Shown one piece after another: positions 53,009 to 62,029 of a DNA stretch of 64,000 nucleotides. The stretch's first letter is position 1. Every line of letters begins with the position of its first letter. The stretch is from assembly GCA_027319905.1 (NCBI GenBank), contig DAHVMJ010000002.1, positions 389 through 64,388 of the forward strand, written 5' to 3'. The notes beneath the pieces are model-generated. The model ran no database searches, was not told where the DNA came from, and worked only from the letters and a program-made list of their open reading frames with translations. The stretch comes from Candidatus Micrarchaeota archaeon (GTDB lineage: Archaea; Micrarchaeota; Micrarchaeia; Micrarchaeales; CABMGC01). The translations under genes were made by a program, and so were the position numbers.

Positions 53009-53914
53009 CTACGGCGGCGTGTAACCCGACGCCCACTGGTTCGTGTAAGTCACGCCTGCCGGCGCGCCATTGTTGTTATTCCCACTGTAGTCGTTCGCGT
53101 TTCCGTTGAGCGGCCACCAACCCACGAGGTTCTGAAGTTTGATCGGCGCACCACCGATGCCTTCGTCATAGAGGTACAGTATCTCGTTCGCCGACAGCGA
53201 AGTGTTGTAAAGCTGGATGTTTGCGATTTCGCCAGTAAAGCGTTCATTACCTGAAGAATCAGCACCCATATTGAAATTATAATTGCCTGTGCTTTGAGAA
53301 CCGCTCAGTGATAGTGAGGCTGGATCTAGATTTGAATTTACATAGCCATTGAGATTGGAACCCGTGAAAGTACATGTTAGAAAGGTCCATCCACTTGATG
53401 GAACTGTCAATGAGCCATGGAAATAGTTGTCAGCAGTGACATGGGCAAAACAAGCAATAGCATACGGAGGCGCGCCAGAGGTATACACCACAAGGCCGTA
53501 CCCGTCTCCGCCTGCGTTAGCGCCTTCGTCTACAACCGATTCCCATGCACCTCCTGTTTGGGTTTGTCCGTTTAGATTAACCCATGCGCTCAGTGTGAAA
53601 TAGGTATTAAGCTGCAGGCTCTGGTGTTCTCCAACGCCAACAAAGCTGCCAGCATTTCCGGAAAAGACATTTACATACTGCGGCAGCTCGCCGCTGCACA
53701 CGCCCTCCAGGTTTATTAGCGAGGAAGTCATCGGGCCATTGGGCCTGAAGACCTGACACGCGCCGGGTGGCGCTCTTGGAGCAAAGGTGCCTGCATTGAA
53801 GACGCCAAGCTGGAAGAGCGCGCCGAGGACAACTGCTATAATTAGTATGGCCCAGCCGTAGGTCATCAGATACTCCATCGCGCTCTGCGATTTCCTGGAG
53901 CGTTGCCCTTTCAT
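53009..53914 (-). CDS. Prepilin-LamG paralog
   Basis: MKGQRSRKS|QSAMEYLMTYGWAILII leader, LamG core and C-terminal GWWPLNGNANDYSGNNNNG...QWASGYTPP. Confidence 0.85.
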   Translation of the reverse strand: MKGQRSRKSQSAMEYLMTYGWAILIIAVVLGALFQLGVFNAGTFAPRAPPGACQVFRPNGPMTSSLINLEGVCSGELPQYVNVFSGNAGSFVGVGEHQSLQLNTYFTLSAWVNLNGQTQTGGAWESVVDEGANAGGDGYGLVVYTSGAPPYAIACFAHVTADNYFHGSLTVPSSGWTFLTCTFTGSNLNGYVNSNLDPASLSLSGSQSTGNYNFNMGADSSGNERFTGEIANIQLYNTSLSANEILYLYDEGIGGAPIKLQNLVGWWPLNGNANDYSGNNNNGAPAGVTYTNQWASGYTPP

Positions 53915-53980
53915 CTCCTCCTTTCATTTCGCTGATGCAAGATATTTATAGTCTAACTCCCCACGTATCTTGGGGCTTTT

Positions 53981-54868
53981 TTGGTAGAGACCGCGGAGGA
54001 GAAAAGGAATAGACTCATCGGGCTTGCGAAGCAGGCGGTTGGCAAGGCCTACTCGACAGGCGAGCATTCGATAGCCCAGGCGATAAACGCATACAACGAG
54101 ATAGAGAAGACACGCAACCTAATCCATGAGCGCCTTGAGGAGTGGTACGGCATCTACTTCCCCGAGCTCACGATCGGAAGCGCGGAGAAGTACACGAAGT
54201 TCGTGCTCCAGGCCGGATCCAACAAGAAGGGCGCCAGCCAGGAGACGCTGCGCGAGGTATTCGGCGACAGGAGCGAGGACGCGCTGATGCGGATAAGGCA
54301 GAGCGTGGGCGCGGAGCCGGACCAGGGCGAGTACAGGGCGCTGAGCGCGCTAGCAAACACTGAGGTGCAACTGCTAAGTATGGAGAAGGAGATCGACGCT
54401 TACCTGAAGGAGAACGTGCCGAAGCTCATGCCCAACGTATCATATCTGGTCGACTACAAGCTCGCGGCAGAACTCCTGGCGCGAGCAGGATCTCTCAACA
54501 AGCTCGCGTTGATGCCGTCAAGCACGCTGCAACTGCTCGGAGCCGAGAAGGCGCTCTTCAGGCACCTGCGCTCAGGCAGCAAGCCGCCGAAATACGGCGT
54601 CCTTTTCAAGCTCAAAGAGATAACAGAAGCTGACAGGCGCAGCCGCGGGCGCATAGCAAGGCTCTTCGCCACAAAGCTGAGCATAGCGGCGCGCGCCGAT
54701 TCGATATCTAAGAGGTTCATAGGCAAGCAGCTGCGCGAATCGATAGACAAGAACCTTCAGAGGATAAGGGAGAAGGAGAAGAGCATGCCGCCTGCGCGCG
54801 AGCAGCAACAGCAGAAGTTCCCGAGGCAGAATCAGAGATTTGGGAGGCACCAGTTCAGGCGCAGGTAG
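53981..54868 (+). CDS. Nop5 (Nop56/58) C/D-box sRNP core protein lacking the N-terminal domain
   Basis: The coiled-coil start is IAQAINAYNEIEKTRNLIHERLEEWYGIYFPEL. The Nop domain is LLGAEKALFRHLRSGSKPPKYGVLF. The TTG start lies about 34 nt downstream of the centre of an ATTTATA box. Confidence 0.85.
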   Translation: MVETAEEKRNRLIGLAKQAVGKAYSTGEHSIAQAINAYNEIEKTRNLIHERLEEWYGIYFPELTIGSAEKYTKFVLQAGSNKKGASQETLREVFGDRSEDALMRIRQSVGAEPDQGEYRALSALANTEVQLLSMEKEIDAYLKENVPKLMPNVSYLVDYKLAAELLARAGSLNKLALMPSSTLQLLGAEKALFRHLRSGSKPPKYGVLFKLKEITEADRRSRGRIARLFATKLSIAARADSISKRFIGKQLRESIDKNLQRIREKEKSMPPAREQQQQKFPRQNQRFGRHQFRRR

Positions 54869-55934
54869 CTGTGATAGATTGAAATCGCTAAGCGTGTTAA
54901 GCAAGCATCTCGAAGACGTACATCTCGCTGCACACACCACAACCGCCAGGGTTGTGGAGAACACGAAACTCTACGAGCTGGCAGAGGATCTGGTGAGCCA
55001 GTTCAGACCCTCGAAGACATACTCGAAGAACGACATAAGATGGACCCACTTCTATCTGCCCCTCGAGGGCCCAAAACTCAGAGCGATACCTTTTGGGATA
55101 GGATATGTTAACGGCGAGTACTGGCTGGGGTTCGACGAACTTGGACAGGTGGGAATAAAGAAGGGCGACCAAAAGGTAAGCGACGTATATTTCGACATAC
55201 TTAGATCCACCGCAGCATTCGAGCACCTGACGGACAAGGCCGCCCTGGAGAAGGTGATTCCCTGGAAATTCAGGACGGGAAAGGCGAAGAGGAAGTACGT
55301 GGATACTGATGTGGACTTCTGGAAAGGGAGTGACTGCAGGAAGGTCAGCAAGGCGTATGCCTCGCATCTTGCCAAAGGGCTGAAATCAGGTCCGATCTCG
55401 CTCAACCACTACCTTGAGACTGCAGCCATAGCATATCGCGCCGCATTCCCTGACGAGGCAGGCAAGAGCCCGCTCGAGCTTTATAAGGCACATGCTGACC
55501 TGAGGCACGGAGGTATGCTGGAAATCAAGAGGCCTGACAGCAGATCGGCATACAACAGATGGCTCTTGAGTGACGAATGGCAGGGCTCGCATCCCTTCGA
55601 AGTCGTCTTCAGCTGGCACAACTACGGTATACATTTCGCCCCACCCCGCATGGACAGATGGAGTGACGCAAACAGCTTCAACATAACTGTCGGAGACTCC
55701 GTGTACTCGCAGATGTATATCAAGATGCTGAGCGCACTGATGCAGGCAGGCGTGGCGGTGACGACGCAGCAGCCTATGCTTAATGATGCGCTCCAATATC
55801 TCAGCGGCGAACTCTACTACACGGTAAACGACTACTCCAATAACTATACACACTATGAGGGATACGCCGAGGAAGAGGAGCTCTTCAAGCATATAAAGTG
55901 GGACGAGATAAAAGTCTTAAAGAGGAGGGGCTGA
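54840..55934 (+). CDS. Hypothetical protein (about 330-364 aa)
   Basis: Long ORF with no recognisable motif. The start is uncertain: TTG 54840 overlaps nop5, and an alternative GTG lies at 54954. Confidence 0.5.
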   Translation: MGGTSSGAGSCDRLKSLSVLSKHLEDVHLAAHTTTARVVENTKLYELAEDLVSQFRPSKTYSKNDIRWTHFYLPLEGPKLRAIPFGIGYVNGEYWLGFDELGQVGIKKGDQKVSDVYFDILRSTAAFEHLTDKAALEKVIPWKFRTGKAKRKYVDTDVDFWKGSDCRKVSKAYASHLAKGLKSGPISLNHYLETAAIAYRAAFPDEAGKSPLELYKAHADLRHGGMLEIKRPDSRSAYNRWLLSDEWQGSHPFEVVFSWHNYGIHFAPPRMDRWSDANSFNITVGDSVYSQMYIKMLSALMQAGVAVTTQQPMLNDALQYLSGELYYTVNDYSNNYTHYEGYAEEEELFKHIKWDEIKVLKRRG

Positions 55935-55991
55935 AGATGTGCAAGCATTCGCCGATAGACGATATTTCCATGTGCATGGTCTGAAATTATG

Positions 55992-55999
55992 TTTAAATA
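55992..55999 (+). promoter_or_regulatory. TATA-box-like element for the radical SAM gene
   Basis: TTTAAATATCTTA has the same extended box as at 3830. Its centre lies about 32 nt upstream of GTG 56028. Confidence 0.35.
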
Positions 56000-56027
56000 T
56001 CTTATGTTCATAACAGAGTAATAAACG

Positions 56028-57983
56028 GTGTTTTCCTTGGGAATGAGTAGCTCTTCTAGACCTTCTGACATACTAAAGATGGACGATAAAACGAACACGA
56101 TAGCGGGCTCCGCAGCTATGCCTGTAGATGCGCTTCACGCCCCCTACCACAGGACCATGGAGGAGATAGAGGCCATGCCTGTGATAGACAAGACCAAGAC
56201 AGTCTGCCCCGAATGCAAGCTCATAATTGACGGCATAATCTACAAAGACGGCGACAACGTAATGATTCGCAAGCACTGCCCGGACGACGGCTGGACGATA
56301 GAGAAGTACTGGGAAGACTATGACATGTACATGCGAATGCGCAACTACAACTACTACGGCCGCGGATTCGACAACCCCGACGTCATAAACAAGGGCGAGA
56401 ACTGCCCGTTCGACTGCGCAATGTGCATGCGACACAAGAGCCACAGCGGGCTGGTAAACGTCGTGATAACAAACAGGTGCCACCTCTCGTGCTGGTACTG
56501 CTTCTTCTACGCGAAGGAGGGCGAGCCAGTGTACGAGCCCACCAGGGAGGAGCTTAACAAGATGTTCGTCAAGCTGAGGAACCAGAAGCCCATACCCGCA
56601 AACGCGCTCCAGATAACTGGAGGCGAACCCACGATGCGTGAGGATCTGCCAGAGATAGTGACCATGGCAAAGGAGGCCGGCTTCGACCAGATACAGCTCA
56701 ACACCACAGGCATAAACCTTGGCATGCACCCGGAGATGATGAAGAGGCTGAGGCACGCTGGCGTGAGCACACTCTACATGAGCTTCGACGGGGCGAGCAA
56801 GAGGGCAAACCCGAAGAACCACTGGGAGGTGCCGGCGACGCTGAGGGCTGCGAGAGACGCCAACCTGAGCATAGTGCTCGTTCCCACGGTCATACGCACG
56901 ATAAACGACCACGAGCTAGGCAACATAATCAACTTCGCGCTCAACAACATTGACATAATAAGAGCGGTCAACTTCCAGCCCGTATCGCTCGTGGGCAGGA
57001 TGCCCGCCAGGCTGAGGGAGAAGCAGCGCATAACAATACCGGGAGCGATCAAGCTGATAGAGGAGCAGACCGGAGGCGTGATAACGAAGGAGGACTGGTT
57101 CTCGGTGCCCTATGTGGGCGGAATAAACAGGTTCATAGAGGCGCTTACAGGAGAGTACAAGTACGACCTCTCGATACACTTCGCCTGCGGAGCAGGCAGC
57201 TACATCTTCCTGGACAAGGACAACAAGATAATACCGCTCACAAGGTTCGTGGACGCGCCTGGACTGCTAGAGCACCTGCAGGAAGCGGTCAACGAGATGG
57301 CCGGCAAGAGCAAGCTGCAGCGAAGGGTGCTGGCGATGAGGTCGCTGATGCAGATGAACAGGTTCGTGGACAAGGAGAGGCAGCCGAAGAGCGTGAACTT
57401 CAGCAAGCTTCTCATGAGCGTGCTGCTCAAGCACGACTTCGCGAGCGTCGGCATGTTCCAGATGAAGAGCTTGTTCCTCGGCATGATGCACTTCCAGGAC
57501 GAGTACACGTATGACATAAAGCGGGTGGAGAAGTGCGACATACACTACTCGATGCCAGACGGCCGTGTGCTCCCGTTCTGCACGTTCAACGTCTTTCCGG
57601 AGGTATACAGGGACAAGGTGCAGAGGCAGTACGCCATACCGAGCAAGGACTGGGAGACCACGCACCCGGCGTGGAGCTACGCAGCGGATAAGTACAAGCG
57701 CGACATAAAGGCGCTTGAGGCAACAGCCGAGTACCAGAAGCTGTACAACCAGGCCACAGACTTCTTCAAGCTGCAGACAAACACCGTCGAGGCGGAGAAG
57801 ATAAGGGCGCGCAAGAGGAAGGTCGCGGTTATTGAGACAAACGCGGGATCCACGGCCACGGTGCAGGTGCCAAGCGCCCCCGCGGCGCAGGAGCCTGCGC
57901 ATGAAGGGCACGCCAACGAGACCGGAGAAGCCCACGGCTGCGGAGACCCCAACTGCGGCTGCGGCGGAGCCTGCGAAAACTGA
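56028..57983 (+). CDS. Radical SAM enzyme, tetraether lipid synthase (Tes/GDGT-MAS, MJ0619 family)-like
   Basis: N-terminal rubredoxin-like CPEC...CPDDG, auxiliary CPFDCAMC and the radical SAM motif NRCHLSCWYC. The body is long and the tail is Cys-rich (GCGDPNCGCGGAC). Alternative ATG starts lie at 56043 and 56079. Confidence 0.6.
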   Translation: MFSLGMSSSSRPSDILKMDDKTNTIAGSAAMPVDALHAPYHRTMEEIEAMPVIDKTKTVCPECKLIIDGIIYKDGDNVMIRKHCPDDGWTIEKYWEDYDMYMRMRNYNYYGRGFDNPDVINKGENCPFDCAMCMRHKSHSGLVNVVITNRCHLSCWYCFFYAKEGEPVYEPTREELNKMFVKLRNQKPIPANALQITGGEPTMREDLPEIVTMAKEAGFDQIQLNTTGINLGMHPEMMKRLRHAGVSTLYMSFDGASKRANPKNHWEVPATLRAARDANLSIVLVPTVIRTINDHELGNIINFALNNIDIIRAVNFQPVSLVGRMPARLREKQRITIPGAIKLIEEQTGGVITKEDWFSVPYVGGINRFIEALTGEYKYDLSIHFACGAGSYIFLDKDNKIIPLTRFVDAPGLLEHLQEAVNEMAGKSKLQRRVLAMRSLMQMNRFVDKERQPKSVNFSKLLMSVLLKHDFASVGMFQMKSLFLGMMHFQDEYTYDIKRVEKCDIHYSMPDGRVLPFCTFNVFPEVYRDKVQRQYAIPSKDWETTHPAWSYAADKYKRDIKALEATAEYQKLYNQATDFFKLQTNTVEAEKIRARKRKVAVIETNAGSTATVQVPSAPAAQEPAHEGHANETGEAHGCGDPNCGCGGACEN

Positions 57984-58036
57984 TGCTTGCGATTTAAGTA
58001 CGTTAACACACATACCAATAGCAAAACGGTGGCTGC

Positions 58037-58747
58037 ATGGACAGAAGAGAGGACGCGGAGAACTACACCTATCAGAAAGAACTCGAGGAGGAGCGCAAGC
58101 AGCCAGACGCGGCCCGCGACGAGTACGTCGAAGAGAACGGGGTCAAGTTCAGAGTGCCTTACAAGATGGTAAGGGAGGTAACGTTCAGCAACGTGAGGAA
58201 GGAGGAGCTTATAGACACGGAGCACGCCGCGAGGCTGCAGTACAGGCTTATGCTGCAAGAGGCGGTGCTCTTCGCCAAGGTCGAGTTCGTGACAAGGAAG
58301 ATACGCATAACCTACAATCCCGACGACGTGGTGAACAGGAAGGCGAAGATGAGCCTGCAGCAGCTTGTTGAATTCCTGTCGAAGCAGGGGGTTAATGTCA
58401 GCGCCGAGGGCCCTGACACCAGCCAGAGGGATGTCGACTACTACACGGAACACTACAGCTACCACTTCAACCCCGCCGTAATCCGCGAGCACCCGCCCTA
58501 CGGCTATACCCGCGAGGAGTGGCAGGAGATGAAGGTAGAGTACGAGGGAAAGAAAGTGGAGTACGAGAAGGGCAAGCTGGACAAGTTCCACGCGTTCCAG
58601 GCAGAGTACCTGCAGGAGCACCCGGACCTCGCGGAGCAGCTGGGCATCAAGCTGGAGGCAAAGCCTGAGGACAAATCGGTGCTGGGCAGGGTGCTCAAGA
58701 AAAAGAAGGAGACCAGAGACAAGGGATTCTGGTTCCACGGCGTATAG
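58037..58747 (+). CDS. Hypothetical protein (charged, ferredoxin-like/HMA-like central segment without CxxC)
   Basis: ORF directly downstream of the radical SAM gene. The segment VEFVTRKIRITYNPDDV...LVEFLSKQGVNV is beta-alpha-beta-like. Confidence 0.5.
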   Translation: MDRREDAENYTYQKELEEERKQPDAARDEYVEENGVKFRVPYKMVREVTFSNVRKEELIDTEHAARLQYRLMLQEAVLFAKVEFVTRKIRITYNPDDVVNRKAKMSLQQLVEFLSKQGVNVSAEGPDTSQRDVDYYTEHYSYHFNPAVIREHPPYGYTREEWQEMKVEYEGKKVEYEKGKLDKFHAFQAEYLQEHPDLAEQLGIKLEAKPEDKSVLGRVLKKKKETRDKGFWFHGV

Positions 58748-58759
58748 CAGTTGCTGATT

Positions 58760-59674
58760 CTACGGAGGAGTGTATCCGCTGGTCCACTGGCTCGTGTACG
58801 TGACCCCACCACTGGTCGCTCCGTTGCCGTCGTTTCCGCTGTAGTCGTTGGCGTTTCCATTCAGCGGCCACCAGCCGACAAGGTTCTGGAGCTTGAGCGG
58901 CGCGCCGCCGATGCCTTCAGAATATAGGTACTGTATCTCGTTGGATGAGAGTGACGTGTTGTAGATCTGCACGTTAGAGATGGAACCGTTGAAATAGCGG
59001 TCCCAGATGCCTATCCTGAACTGCCCGTTTTGAACCGGGGCACAGGTGACTGCAGAACCATAGGGGCCTCCAACGCCATTTATGTATTCTGACGGTGTTC
59101 CTGCGCTATTCGTATTCCCGTTCACACCGTTGAAAGTCATCGCTGAGAATATCCAGATGCCTTTAAAATTCGAGGAGGAATAGTATTGGTCGCCGCCAGT
59201 GCTGCCGGCGCCATTGTTGTAGATATATTCAAATCTGTAAGAGCCGTCGTTGTTCTCAAGGTCAGGGCCGCCGTACACAACGCCACCAGATGAGCCATAT
59301 GCCTGAATCGCGACTATTCCGCCTCTGTTGCCTGAACTCGGCATTCCGGAATCGTACGACCATGCTGTTAAAGTAAAGTTGCATAGCGCGTTGTCTGCTG
59401 AGGTTGTCATTGTCACCACAGCGCCATTGCCGTTGAAAACGCCAACGTACTGCGGCAGTTCACCGTTGCACACGCCTTCCAGATTGATAAACTGTGCCGT
59501 ATTGGGACCATTGGGCCTGAATACCTGGCACGCTCCGGGCGACGCTCTTGGGGCAAAGGCGCCAGCGTTGAAGACGCCGAGCTGGAACAAAGCGCCGAGG
59601 ACAACCGCTATGATCAGTATGGCCCACCCGTAGGTCATGAGGTACTCCATCGCGCTCTGCGATTTTCTTGGCAT
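58760..59674 (-). CDS. Prepilin-LamG paralog
   Basis: MPRKS|QSAMEYLMTYGWAILII leader (the ORF track extends to 59722), LamG core and C-terminal GWWPLNGNANDYSGNDGNG...QWTSGYTPP. Confidence 0.8.
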   Translation of the reverse strand: MPRKSQSAMEYLMTYGWAILIIAVVLGALFQLGVFNAGAFAPRASPGACQVFRPNGPNTAQFINLEGVCNGELPQYVGVFNGNGAVVTMTTSADNALCNFTLTAWSYDSGMPSSGNRGGIVAIQAYGSSGGVVYGGPDLENNDGSYRFEYIYNNGAGSTGGDQYYSSSNFKGIWIFSAMTFNGVNGNTNSAGTPSEYINGVGGPYGSAVTCAPVQNGQFRIGIWDRYFNGSISNVQIYNTSLSSNEIQYLYSEGIGGAPLKLQNLVGWWPLNGNANDYSGNDGNGATSGGVTYTSQWTSGYTPP

Positions 59675-59731
59675 GTCCTCTCGCTTATCTGATTGCGTAA
59701 TTATAAATAGATTCCCAGTCATTTTCTAGCG

Positions 59732-60598
59732 ATGTCAGCAAAAGATTACGCCATGCCAGCGGCACTGATAGTGCTCATACTTTTCGTCAGCATTCTCTAC
59801 TACACCGGCTTCCAGACAACCGTATGCCTGAACAGGACCGTTTCAAGCGTGTTTCTCTCAAACTTCAACGGCTACAGCGAGGTGCGCGGCAGCCCCGTGT
59901 CGGCCACGCTCAACATCTTCGCCGTGATAGCTCTCATGTCCCTGGCTGCGCTCGCAATAGGAAAGATAATCGATGACAAACACGTCAACTTCGTTTTCAC
60001 CTTCATGATAGCAACGCAGATAATCTACGACTTCGTCATCTCCTACGGTACCCTCTCATCCACGTGCGTCATAGGAGGCGTCTCGCTCTTCGACACAAAC
60101 AGCTACGCCATAGTCATAACGCTGGTCGTGTTCTACATAGGCAGCACGGCCTACAACACGTTTAACAGGAAGCCACCGAAGGCATCACTTCCTGTCTCTT
60201 TCAGCACAACTGCAATAGCCGCATACCTGCTCATCTACTTTCTCGTACTTCCATCCGCTGAGTCACAGATAATATTCTACGCGATAATGATGGTCCTCTT
60301 CGCCGGTCTGTATCACTTCTCGGACATGTTTCTGGCATCGAAGTACAAGAGCATGAACAGCGAGCTGAAATCAGACTACCACCGCGCGCCGCTTCTCCTC
60401 CTGCTCTTCTGGCCGGCGTTTCTCGTGTCCGCGCTCGCCACCGAGTTCTATTTCTTCTTCCTCACAAGGCCGGTGCACGCGATAGAGCTCGCGATCTTCG
60501 CCTTCTTCCTGGCGCTCTACTTCGTGCTCCACCTCACCTCAAAGCGCCCAATCGAGGCGAAGCCGACGCCGGCGCAGGCCAGCGCCGCAACGGCCTAG
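59732..60598 (+). CDS. Polytopic membrane protein (about 8 TMH), unknown function
   Basis: Hydrophobic throughout. I recognise no catalytic motif. Confidence 0.55.
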   Translation: MSAKDYAMPAALIVLILFVSILYYTGFQTTVCLNRTVSSVFLSNFNGYSEVRGSPVSATLNIFAVIALMSLAALAIGKIIDDKHVNFVFTFMIATQIIYDFVISYGTLSSTCVIGGVSLFDTNSYAIVITLVVFYIGSTAYNTFNRKPPKASLPVSFSTTAIAAYLLIYFLVLPSAESQIIFYAIMMVLFAGLYHFSDMFLASKYKSMNSELKSDYHRAPLLLLLFWPAFLVSALATEFYFFFLTRPVHAIELAIFAFFLALYFVLHLTSKRPIEAKPTPAQASAATA

Positions 60599-61957
60599 CT
60601 ATTTCTCCAGCGCCTTCTTCAGCCTTTCGACAGTGTCCTTTATGATCGCCTTTTTCATCTCGTCATTCTTCATCTTTATGCTTGCTGCGTTGCTGTGCCC
60701 TCCCGTCGACTCCACGTAGTTGGAGAAGTTCGCGCGCACATCCTCCAGTATCTTCAACAGCTCGACCCTGCCTATCAGCTTCTTGCTCATGCGAACGGAA
60801 ATGAAATAGCCGAAGTGCAGCATGAGTATGCAGGCATCTTTGTTCAGCTCCTCTATCCTGCCCAGCAGCCGCGAGGCGAACCTTCCAGGCAGCGGGTACC
60901 TCTCCTGGTCGTTGGCGCGTATCGCCTCGAAGTCAGCGACGTAGATGCGCGTGGAGTCTGCGTTGTACGCCTTCACGGAGCTTATGGCCAGATCAAGCAT
61001 CTCAGCAATCCTGCTCTCGGCGTAGGCAGTCAGCTCCTCGCTCTTCTGCCTGTCTCTCAGCACCGAGTCCACGCTCTCAGGAGTGAGGTTGCCCCTCATG
61101 CCCGATATCACGCGCGTGTCGCTGGTCAGCAGGTCCAGGAGGGCAGCGAGTTTCCTGCTTCCCACGCTGGGCTTGGAGTACTCGCTGTAATCGCCTATGA
61201 ATGACGCCTCCTCAATCTCCCGCGTGTCTACATTTGTTAGCGTCTTGGCGAAGACGCACGCGAGGAAACCTGCGGTATAGTTGGAATCTCCGCCGAAGTT
61301 CCACGGGTTTATGTAGTGCTTCAGCTCTCCTCCCCCGAATCCTTCCACGATCGGATGATGGTCAAGCCAGACTATGTCGAACTTTTCCTTCGCGGCTTCA
61401 AGCCCCGCGTTGCTCTCCTCTGACGTGCCAAAATCTACTATCAGCAGCAGCGGCTTCTCGACGCACTCATAGTTGTTGCACATGAGAAGATCGTTTATGG
61501 CGTCGTCCTTCGTGTAGAACACTGAGCCGTGCATGCGCCATGCTATGTTTGGTTTGTACGCCAGGTGCTCGCTGCTTTCCAAAACGAAGGCGAGCGTCTT
61601 GTAGAGCGCGTAGGCGCCGCTCGCGCCGTCTATGTCGTTGTGGAACCGTATCACTATCGGCGCGCCGAGCATGAGCTTCTTCGCAAAGAGTGCCATCGCA
61701 TCGCGCAGCCGCTTCCACATCTTCTCTGTGACCGAGTCAACTGCGGCTATGCCTATCTTGTGCGCCTCTCCCTTGAGCATCTCCTTCGCTGCCGCCTCTA
61801 TCATCTCACCGAACGCGCTGCGCTCCCCTGCGTCTTCCAGCCGCGTGAACCTCTCCACGCTTCCCTCCACGACCGACATCTCGGCCGCTTCCCCGAGGTT
61901 TAGAGCAAGCGTGCTTTTCAGCGATCGCGTTCTCGCAGTGCCGTCGTGCATTACCAC
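60599..61957 (-). CDS. DHH-family RecJ/Cdc45 (GAN)-like protein
   Basis: Motifs found: HNDIDGASGAYAL, LLIVDFG, VWLDHHP and TGGHSNAASIK (DHHA1-like). Confidence 0.7.
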   Translation of the reverse strand: MVMHDGTARTRSLKSTLALNLGEAAEMSVVEGSVERFTRLEDAGERSAFGEMIEAAAKEMLKGEAHKIGIAAVDSVTEKMWKRLRDAMALFAKKLMLGAPIVIRFHNDIDGASGAYALYKTLAFVLESSEHLAYKPNIAWRMHGSVFYTKDDAINDLLMCNNYECVEKPLLLIVDFGTSEESNAGLEAAKEKFDIVWLDHHPIVEGFGGGELKHYINPWNFGGDSNYTAGFLACVFAKTLTNVDTREIEEASFIGDYSEYSKPSVGSRKLAALLDLLTSDTRVISGMRGNLTPESVDSVLRDRQKSEELTAYAESRIAEMLDLAISSVKAYNADSTRIYVADFEAIRANDQERYPLPGRFASRLLGRIEELNKDACILMLHFGYFISVRMSKKLIGRVELLKILEDVRANFSNYVESTGGHSNAASIKMKNDEMKKAIIKDTVERLKKALEK

Positions 61958-62029
61958 GAAGTAATCGGGCTGCTCTGCCCCCGAATTGCGTCTTATGCAG
62001 GATACGAAGCCCTTCGAAAAATCACCAGC

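Noticed and set aside
56073-58738. Minus-strand ORFs of 279 aa, 248 aa and 353 aa.
   Set aside because: They are antisense to the radical SAM gene and its downstream partner. Their composition is Arg/His/Val/Leu-biased. They are shadow ORFs.
748-58879. A motif of about 42-45 nt (GGTTGGTGGCCGCTCAACGGCAATGCCAACGACTAC.. and its reverse complement) recurs at least eleven times. The copies are near 748, 22371, 23171, 25036, 28185, 28855, 29560, 29868, 48955, 53081 and 58835, and could be mistaken for a CRISPR or other interspersed non-coding repeat.
   Set aside because: Every copy lies inside a long ORF, in frame, and encodes GWWPLNGNANDYSG. Spacing is irregular (hundreds to thousands of nt), copies occur on both strands, and no cas genes or leader are present. 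It is a protein-domain boundary motif, not a CRISPR or REP-type element.
1-59722. The conserved-end, variable-core LamG paralogs might be targets of a diversity-generating retroelement.
   Set aside because: The window has no reverse transcriptase gene and no template/variable repeat pair with adenine-specific mismatches. The divergence between cores includes indels and is not restricted to particular codon positions.
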